From: Fonticula alba ATCC 38817
Taxonomy: Eukaryota; Protista; Nucleariida
Assembly: GCA_000388065.2 (NCBI GenBank)
Contig: KB932202.1
Strand: one strand, 5' to 3'
DNA: 28,056 nucleotides
Made by a program: the position numbers and the translations under genes. Shown here one piece after another: positions 1 to 8,865 of the stretch; position 1 is the first letter of the stretch; every line of letters starts with the position of its first letter. Below the pieces are notes generated by a model, which did not search any database, was not told the DNA's origin, and saw only the letters and a program-made list of their open reading frames with translations.

Positions 1-62
1 TGGTATTGCCTGAATCTCCGTTCCCAGATGACCGGCTACATCCCTGCCATTTTCATCGAGGT

Positions 63-102
<40 letters not shown>

Positions 103-3100
103 CCAAGCGCGCGCATGCACGCACTCGTCGGCACAAGCACATGGCCCTGGCTTCGTGCCCAACTTTCCATCCCCCCCCCCCCCACCCACCCGGGCACTGA
201 CCCATGCGCCTCTCCGTCCTTCTCCTCCCCCTCCCCCGGCAATAGTCCACCCAACTTCGCCTGGCTCGTGTGAACGCCCTCCGGAACAAAACCGTTTCCA
301 TGGCCACCCCCGAGGACATGGAGGCCATGCCGCCGATCCTGCGCGACGCCGGCCAGGTGTCCTTCAACAATGTGGTCACCTACTCCGACGGCACCGAGAC
401 CGAGGGGCTCCTGGACCAGGAGCAGGCCTTCACGTCGACTGTGACCGCGGCCGTGGCCGCCGTCGGCCTGGACAGCAGCTCCCCCCTGGCCGGGGAGACG
501 GCCGGCGTGTCGGCCGCGGGCGATGCGTCGTCCCCCCTGTCGCCGATGAGCTCGCCGGTGGTTGTCACCGGTTCGGGCGCCGGGGCCGTGCGCTCCGGCA
601 AGTCGGCCTCCACCGCCGGGGTGCCCACCTCGCCGATGGTGGCCACGGCTGGCGGCGGGGCCTCCGGCGGCAAGCGCCACTCCATTTCAAATCTCATCAA
701 GGGCATTTCGTCCAAGTCGGCCGGCGGGGAGCCCTCGCCCACCGGGCTCGGCCCGGCCGGGTCCACCTCGAGCAGCTCCCGGCGCGGGCACTCCTCCTCC
801 TCCATTCGCCCGGTGTCGGCACCCTCGTCGCCGGAATTGGCCTCGGCCGGCCAGCAGCAGCCCCTCGATGGGGAGTTCCTCCTGCGCATTCAGAGCCGCA
901 TCGCCGATCTGGATCTGGCCTACAAGGGTATGTTCTGCTCGGTGCCCGGGCGCTTCGTGTCACTGTCCATGCGCCCGATTGCGATTGTCCTGTGTGCATG
1001 TGTGCATGTGTGCATGTGTGCATGTGTGCATGTGTGCATGTGTGCATGTGTGCATGTGTGCATGTGTGTGTGTGTGTCTGTGTGTGTGTCTGTGTGTGTG
1101 TCTGCGGGCGTCCCCACGCTCCCCTTGCTTTCGGCTGTCTGCGCCCTGCGCCCTGCGCCCTGCGCCCCGCGCCCTGCGCCCCCCCCCCCCACCTCCCCCA
1201 GCTCTCTGACGCGTATGATTCCCGTGCCCCGCGTGTGAAGTCGTCCGCGCCAGTCACTCGACCACCACCGAGAGCGTCCTTCGCCAGGCCGTGGAGAAGT
1301 TCATGCCCGGTGCCGGGGAGGAGGACGTGTACACCATCATGAATGAGTACAATCTCTGCCTGTCGGTCGGCGAGTCGGAGACCATCCTCAGCAGCAAGAG
1401 CGGCTTCCCGGTGCAGGAGCTGGTCAAGCTGTCGCCCGAGGCGCAGAAGAACGCCAAGTTCCTCCTGCGCAAGGCCGACAAGTCCAACCTCTCGAGCATC
1501 CGCGTCTTCAAGGACGACATCTCCTTCAAGTTGATCACCTACAACACGGCCTCCGACACCATGCGCGACCTGCTGGTGGCGGCCCTGGGACGCTTCGGCA
1601 TCACCGACTCGCCGGACCTCTACTCGATCGCTCTGAATGCTCCGTCGAAGGGTGCGTGCACGCCGCCGTCCCTGCTTGCTGCTCCTGCTGCCGCCGCCGC
1701 TATCGGGGATCTCCCACTGTGGCAGACTGTGTGTGCACGCGTGGCGGGTTTGCGTCCAATCACTCACCCCCCCCCCCTGCCCCCCTGCCCCCCTGCCCCC
1801 CTGCCCCCCTCCTTCCCTCTCTTCCTCCCTCTCTCCCTCCCCCTGCCTCGCGCACTCCACTCCCAGGCGTCCTTCTGCCGGACAGCTCCCGTGTGTCGGA
1901 CTTCGACACGGAGCTCGACAACCTGGTCGCGGCGGCCGGCGGGCAGAACCTTTCGGCCCCCTCGACGCCGACCGTGGCCGAGCGGCCTGCCTCCATCTAT
2001 GGCGGCTCGGCGGCCGGGGCTTCCGGCGCCGGGCTCGGGTCCTCGCACACGCCCTCCAGCAGCATGACTGCCCTGAACACGGTGACTGGCCCGGCTGGCG
2101 GGGCCAACCCCCTGCACCTGTCGGCCATGTCCGGCAGTTTGCTGGCTTCGTCCCGGGCGCCGCGGCTTTTCCTGGTCCGGCGCGAGGCCACCGAGCCGGA
2201 TCCCCTGGCCAACCTCATCCAGATCCGGGTCTACTCCCACGGATTCGACATGGATGTGGCCTACCGGTCAGTGTTTGCCAGCCGCGATGAGTCCACCAAG
2301 GGCCTCATTAAGAAGGCCCTCCGGCGGTACAACTCCAGTGCTCGGCCCAGCGACTTCCGCCTGGAAATCGTCATTCAGAGTGCCAGTGCGTTTGTCGTCT
2401 GCCCCCGCCTTTCTGGCCCCTCTCACCTGGTGTTCGGCACCTTTGTGGGCTGCTCCTTTTGCCCTGCCCCGCCTCCTTCCCTTCCTGTGTCTTTCTCGAT
2501 CTCTTTCCTTTACTGACACCTGTCTCATCGCCCCGTCACCACCACCGTCACTATCGTCACCACCGTCACCATCGTCACCACCGTCGCTATCGTCACCACC
2601 GTCACCACCGTCACCACCGTCACCACCGTCACCACCGTCACCACCGTCACTATCGTCACCACCGTCACTATTGTCACTATCGTCACCACCACCCCCACCC
2701 CCACCCCCACCCCCACCACAACAACACACTCACAGACGCCCCTCATGCCAGCCGGTTCATCTCAAACGAGGAGCTCCCGCTGGACGTCATCATCGCCGTG
2801 GAGCATGCCTACCCCGGGGTCCCGACCAAGCTCTATCTCCGGATGAAGGACACCTCGATGGCGGCCAACCCGACCAACCCCCTGTCCGGCTACCCGATCT
2901 TCAACCCCCGGAGCCGACTCATGAGCCAGTCGATCGCCGGCTCCATGCCGATCTCGATGGACGGGGTGACCGGCGGCGAGGGCCCGACCGGCGGCGTCCC
3001 CAGCGGCCGGGGCACCGGCTCGGCCACCGGGGCCTCCACCAGCGGCGGGTCGCTCGAAAGCTTCGTCGTGACCAAGGTCCCCATCCGGCTGTACTGCGAT

Positions 3101-4657
3101 GGGCTCTGGCAGAATGGCCAGGCCGAGTATAAAACCATGATGATGACCGACTTGACCACGGCGGCCGAAGTGTGCGACTGGGCGGTGGAGAAGTTTGCCT
3201 TCGATGCGCGCGTGGCCGCGGACTTGCGCCTGGCCGTGCTGGCGGACCCGGTGGGCTCGCGAGCGCTCGAGCCCACGGACTTCCCGGTGCTCATCCGCAA
3301 TGAGCTGATGGAGTCCGGCTACTCCGGCATGCGGTGGCTGCTGGTGCGTGAGCTTGGCCCGGCCCTGCACAACCGCGTCACGGTGACCATCGACGCGTCG
3401 GACATTTGGCCGGACAGCGCGCCGGTTGACCTGAAGCTCCATCGGATGAGCACCCTGCGGGAGGCCCTGCGCAAGGGTCTCCGGCACTTCCGCCCGGCCG
3501 ACTCCCCGCGGTCGATCAACTCGCAGCAGGTGGCCGATTTGTTCTATTTGTCGCTGCTGCCGGAGTCGCCGGCGGCCGGGGCGGCCGGGTCCGTTGACAC
3601 TCCGGCGGCGGGCGGCCCGGAGCAGCCGCAGCCGCAGCCGCAGCAGTCGCAGCCGGCCCCCACCACCGGCGGGTCTTCTGCCACCCATCAGTCACTGCCG
3701 CCGCTGGTGCAGGAGCAGCTCCTGTCATTGGCTTCCTCGTCGTCGGCCAGCTCGCGTACTTCCTCCTTGACGGACCTGCCCGGGTCACTGACCATGGATC
3801 AGATTCGCCAGTCGCCGCGGCTGAACCTCAGCCTGATGCTCAGTGATTGCGATCTGGACGCCGGCGACCATGAGGATGACGACGAGTCGGTGACCTTCTA
3901 CCTGCGCCGGGTGGATGGCCTGTCTGGGGCCGACTTTTCCGGCGTCTCGTCGCTCCTGCTGCCCCTGGATGGGGTGAGCGTGGCTGGCACCGAGGCCGGC
4001 CATGGGGGCGGTGTTGCCGGGGTGGCTGACGACGCGCCGCCCGCCCCCGGGGGGGGGGCCTTGTGCAATGTGCTGACGGAGTTCGTGGCGCCGGTTGACT
4101 TGCCGGTGGTCATGCCGGTTGCCGAGGCGGTTGTTGTGGCCGCCGCGGCGACGGCGGCGTCTGTCGCGCCTGAGGCCGATCTGTCGACCGGCGCCACCGA
4201 GCCGGAGGCCGCGTCGTCGTCTGCCACCACCCCGATGGGGGCTCTGCCTGCCATTGACGCCGAGGGTCTGCCTGGCGACAAGGCGGCCGACACCGGCAGC
4301 CCTCCGGCCATGGTGGAGATGTCCTCTGCGGCTGCTGCGTCATCGCCATCGCCGCCATCGCCCTCCTCCTCCTCTTGCTCTTCCTCTTGCTCTTCCTCGT
4401 CCTCGGTGACGGCGGCCGCGAGCGTCGGCGATGGCCTGCCGCACCCCGAGGCCGAAGGGGGTGCTGCGTCGGTCGACTCGGAATCCAGCCCCCCGGCGGT
4501 TGTTGATGGGGGCACTGACACCGGCGATGCTGGCGGCTTCCTGGCGCCGGGAAAGCCCGCCACTGCCGAGGCCGGGACTGCTGTTCCCCTTTCCGGCCCG
4601 TCCCTGGGCTTGGAGTCCGGTGAGGAGGCCAGCATGGAGGAGGTCCTTTCTTCCTGA
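1..4657 (+). CDS. 5'-partial SH3-domain protein (Tea4/Bud14-like) with about five tandem Ras-association (RA)/ubiquitin-like domains; exons <1-60, 246-927, 1241-1651, 1867-2385, 2736-4657
   Basis: Frame 1 from base 1 reads WYCLNLRSQMTGYIPAIFIE, resembling the C-terminal end of an SH3 domain. Splicing 61-245 (GTCAGC..AATAG) joins it to STQLRLARVNALRNK, matching the Tea4/Bud14 pattern GYxPAxxIE-TPxERLARLNxxRN. All four introns are GT-AG and phase-compatible; exons sum to 3594 nt, a multiple of 3; stop TGA at 4655-4657. Repeated RA-type signatures include LRI...YKvV....TTTESVLRQAVEKF, IRVF...FKLI....TMRDLLVAALGRFGI, IRVY...YRSV....STKGLIKKALRRY and IRLY...YKTM....TAAEVCDWAVEKF. Family calls are from recalled motifs. 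Confidence 0.85.
66..100. repeat. (CA)n microsatellite in intron 1 of gene 1
   Basis: Perfect dinucleotide run. Confidence 0.95.
991..1180. repeat. Intronic compound microsatellite: (TGTGCATG)n, (TG)n, then (CCCTGCG)n
   Basis: Visible tandem units within intron 928-1240. Confidence 0.9.
2534..2690. repeat. Intronic 9-bp minisatellite (CGTCACCAC / CGTCACTAT variants), about 17 copies
   Basis: Directly visible tandem array in intron 2386-2735, between the TACTGAC branch point and the acceptor. Confidence 0.95.
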
Positions 4658-5053
4658 TAGCCTGAGCCAGGCGTGATGTGTGTATGCATGTGCAGGGGTG
4701 GTAGGTGTGCGAATGAGGGCGGCAGACGTCGCTCGCGGTGTGCCGGCATGTTTTCGCCGGTGCCGAGAAGAAGTCCTCACCTCTTCGCCCTTCGCTTTCC
4801 CCCCCCCCTCCTCTTACCCACCCCAACAAAGCTACCCCCCTTTTTCTCCCTCTCTCTCTCCCCCTCCCTCCCGGGGCGGTCCTCTTCATCCTTGTACCCT
4901 CCCTCCTCCCCCTTCCTTTGCTTGCAAAAAGGGGGCAGAAGGGGGGCGATGGGCAAGAGGGCAGCCCAGGTCATGGGGGCGCAGGGGTTGTCTGTGTGTC
5001 CCTTCCAACCAGTTTGTGCGGAGGGTCTTGTCACGTCTCCCCCCCCCCCCCCC

Positions 5054-5164
5054 NNNNNNNNNNNNNNNNNNNNNNNNNNNNNNNNNNNNNNNNNNNNNNN
5101 NNNNNNNNNNNNNNNNNNNNNNNNNNNNNNNNNNNNNNNNNNNNNNNNNNNNNNNNNNNNNNNN
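5054..5164. other. Assembly gap (111 N) following a poly-C run
   Basis: Run of N in the sequence. Confidence 1.
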
Positions 5165-5786
5165 CTCCTCCCTCTTTCGGCCGCCGTTCTCGGGCCTGCA
5201 GAGCCTGTGCCAAGACTGACCTTTGCCTCGGGGCCCCTCCCCCTCCTCTCTCTCTCTCTCTCCCTCCATGGCTGAGGGCCCTTTGCATAATCTCCCCCTG
5301 CCTGTGGGGCTTCCCCATCCTTCCCATCTCTCCCTCCGATCTTGTCCCCCCCAGGAGGGAGAGCATGTGTGGGTCCTGGTCCGCGCTCATCCCTACGTGC
5401 TTGGCGGCCCCATCCCGGCGGCTGTGCTCCTTATGCCCTTCTCCCCTCTCGCCCCCTCTGCACAGATGTTTGTGTTTGTACGGAGCAGGGGCCGGATCCG
5501 GGGTGCCAAGGACGCGCTCTCCCTGTGCACCCCTTGCCCCCCTCATCCGAGAGGGGGGCAAGGGGGGAGAGGGGGCCGGGCACGCCCATCTCCTTCCATC
5601 TGGAAGGGAGGCGGAGGAGGACGCCGGACGTGGTGCTCGTCGGCTCTCCCCGCCAGAGTGCCTTCTTCTTTTCCAGGCATCTGCCCCATCCTGTGAGAAA
5701 TACAGAAGTTACCTCTCACCCCCTCTCCTCCTTCTTTGCTCGGGAAAGTGCCAAGATTGGGAGAGCATGCTTGGCGAGCAGAGCCC

Positions 5787-5788
<2 letters not shown>

Positions 5789-5819
<31 letters not shown>
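5789..5819. repeat. (TG)n microsatellite, intergenic
   Basis: Perfect dinucleotide run. Confidence 0.95.
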
Positions 5820-5820
<1 letters not shown>

Positions 5821-8800
5821 GGCCAAACATTGAAATGCGCGCACGCGCGGATCATGGGCGGCGGCCAGGGGGCAGACCCGTGCACTTTTGCCGGGGCCAC
5901 GGAAGCACCGGCGCCGGTGCGGGTATTTCAGAACGACTCCGGCATGGCGACCCTGCTCATGGCTGGGGCAGGGCGCGCGCGCGCGCGCCGATCACGCGCC
6001 AGGCCATTGGCACGCATGTGCCGACAGGGCGGCGGGGTTCTGGCGGATCGGCCGCACGTTAAATTCACCGGGCCCTGGTTCCCCGGCGCCCGGCGACCGA
6101 GAGCGCCTCCTTGGCCATAGTTTCCGATGGGAACGGGGGCCGGCCCCCGCGTCGACCCACGCCGCCGGGGAGACTTGGCGGGTGTGTATGTGTGTGTGTG
6201 TGTGATGCCTGCCTGGGCCGGTGGTGTCCCTTGGACGACAGGGGCAGGGCCTTCAATGCGATGAAGGGGGGGGGTGTTTGAAGGGGAGGCCTCGGAGCCG
6301 GGCGTGCCCCCTCGCCAGGGACCCTGTCCGGCCCTGCCAGGAGAGAGAGAGAGAGAGAGGGCTATCCACTGTGCCTGCCCGTGGGCCCACCGGGACGGTC
6401 GCCGTTTGAGCTTCCGGCACGGCCATGAGCGCGCCCATGGCACTCGGACACGAGACGGGGGAGAGAAAAGTGGACGGGGCCTGAACGAGAGGGCCCAGGC
6501 CTTTTTTTGCGTGGTTTGTTATTACTCCAGGCATCCTGGCGGCAGCGGGAGCAGCATGTAACCCAAGAGGCCGGGCCGTCTCGCCGGGCGAGGCGCCCCG
6601 TCGCCTGCCGGGATGCGTGTCGACGCATGACGCGAGTAACTCACCGGGGGTTCTTAATCCACACTCACACTGGCGCCAAGGGCGCCACTGCCATGTGTCC
6701 AGCAGGGCGGCCCGCATCCCGGCAGGCCGCGACGTGGTCTCGTACTGGCGGAGGCCGGACGAAGGCGAGGCGCGGCACCAGGAGCAGCAATGCACGAGCA
6801 GGCACATAGCAGAGCGGGGTGACTGGTCCTTCCGGAGAACCCCGGGGGGGGGGGGGTGTTGAGGCGAGACTTGCGCGTGGTTCCTCCGGCCGCATGCCCG
6901 AGGAAGCCGCGCCCCTCAGAAAGACGCGGCTCAGGCCCGGTGATTGTCCGTGCGTGTGTGTGGGTGTGTGTTGTGGTTCGTGTGCGTGGTGTGTGGGCAC
7001 GCACGCATGTGGACATTATGCGGTATGCCAATGTGAGCTGGTCTAGTGGCATCCGGGACGAAAAGAGGGGGCGGGGCGTTTCTTCCGGAGCGCCTGGTCT
7101 GCCGGCCCACTGCCTTGTCCCCTGCTGGCTGGCGGACGTATTAATCATCCCGCCCCCGGGGGGGGGGGGGGGCGGGGGAGATACGAGGGACACCCGCGTA
7201 CGCGTGGACGCTTGGGTTTACAAAGAACGGGCTTCGCTGCTGCCTCGGCCCCGGGCGTCGGCGGGGCAGGTATGTTTGCTCATCGTCGGGGGGACGCGGG
7301 ATTGCATGTATGTGTGTGTGTGTGTGTGTGAGCGGACCACTTGGCGTCGAGGCGGGCTGTGTCGCTCCTAACCCCCATGGGGCGGAGAGAGGCCGGGGCC
7401 GGCGTTCTCCGGCCGGCTCTTGGAAGGCGCACTTGCGCGCATGCACAAGTTCTGTTCGTCAGGTCCCAGGGGGAGGGGCGGGGGGGGGGGACCGCACGGA
7501 GGATTGTATGGTTTTCGTCGCCTCTGGGGCGGCGATCTCGCGCCGAGCAGAGATATGCGGTGCTCCGAGGTGCTCCCGAAAAACCGCCCGGGCGCATTGT
7601 TTGTGCTGGGCCCACCGCCAGGGGAGCCGGACCGGTGTCCCCATTTTTGTCCCTTCATCTCGAGATCCTTTTTCCCCGGCCGCGCTCGCCTGTTCTCCCA
7701 TTCCCCCGCTCTCTCTCGCTCCCTCGGCCCTTGTGCATGGGGAGTGGCGGACGGTGCCGGCACGGTGGATGGGCGCCGCTGGCCGCGCAGGCTCCTCTGC
7801 CCCTGGGCGCAGCGGGCGAACGGGGGCACTCATGAATTAACCATGTTGCGCTGACCAGCGTGCGGAAGAAGGAGCCGGCGCGGCGGATCTCCCTTTGTGG
7901 CCGGCTCATTTGTCCCCATTGCGTTTTTGCCGCCGCCGCCCTCGGGCCCATGGCCACTGGCTCCCCATCTCTCGCTCTGTCCCTCTCTTTCCCCGGGGTG
8001 CGGGAGGGCCACCAAAGCGGGAGGAGCCGGGCGGCGGGGCCCGGCCGAGGCCGCCATATTAATTTGGCTCGGCTCCAGAGAAGTCAAGGTTCCCCTCCCC
8101 CCCCCCGTCCAGCCACTCGTCGGGGTGCGTCTCCAGGGTCCTCGACGCGGGCGCGGGCCAGAGCGGCGGGCACCCATCTGGCAGGCTCTGATCTGGACTT
8201 CCCGGGAACTCCCACCGCCCCGCGAATTTCACCGCCGGCCCAGAGCCAGGCCCCATGGTTCTTCGGCACCATGGACTTCCCGTTGTGCCTGTTTTTTGTC
8301 CCCCCCCCCCCCCGCTGAGCCTGCCCCCCTGTGGTGTGGACCCGGGGGGGGGGGGGGGTGGTAAGGTCCGCCTGTGCTCACATGCGGGAGTGGACTGCTC
8401 CCGCCCGGCCGCCCGGCACCCAGCTGGTCGCCCCCCCTCCGCCCCTGCACCGAGTGTCGGCCGGCTTGATGGGCCATGCCGGCAGAGACTCTCCAAAGCG
8501 GGTGGGCGGCCCGACCGGGCACGATGCCCTCACACTTCCGCCCCCCGCCCCCCGCCCCCCCCGTACAGTCTCGGAGGAGAGGTACAGCGGCCGGGGGGTG
8601 GGTTGAGGGGGACGCGCGCGGGCGCGCGCGCACACGCACGACCTTCGGCGACATCAGTCAGCATGCCACAGGGGAAATGGCCCTGTACGCTCGCAGGCCT
8701 GGCCCGGGGGGGGGGGCTGCTGGCGCCAGCATGATGGTGCTGTGGCCCCGGCTCGCTCGCCCTGGCCCCCCCCCCAGGCATGCCAGCATACTCACGCACA

Positions 8801-8823
8801 CACGGCCGTCTCGCCCCGGCGTA

Positions 8824-8865
<42 letters not shown>

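Noticed and set aside
2534-2690. Repeat array as a possible CRISPR-like locus
   Set aside because: Head-to-tail 9-mers with no unique spacers, in a eukaryotic intron.
2459-2735. His/Arg-rich N-terminus of the 732-aa ORF (RHHRHHRHY...), suggestive of a metal-binding peptide
   Set aside because: It is the translation of the intronic 9-mer array. GTGCGT at 2386, the TACTGAC branch and CACAG at 2735 splice it out and restore RA domain 3.
6645-6744. Minus-strand 100-nt segment bounded by CCAG and GTGAGT, resembling an exon
   Set aside because: No frame gives a recognisable protein and I found no partner exons. It could only be part of a non-coding transcript.
5736-7371. Cys-rich (CVCVCV) and His/Thr-rich (HTHTHT) peptides in intergenic ORFs
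   Set aside because: They are direct translations of (TG)n and (CA)n microsatellites.
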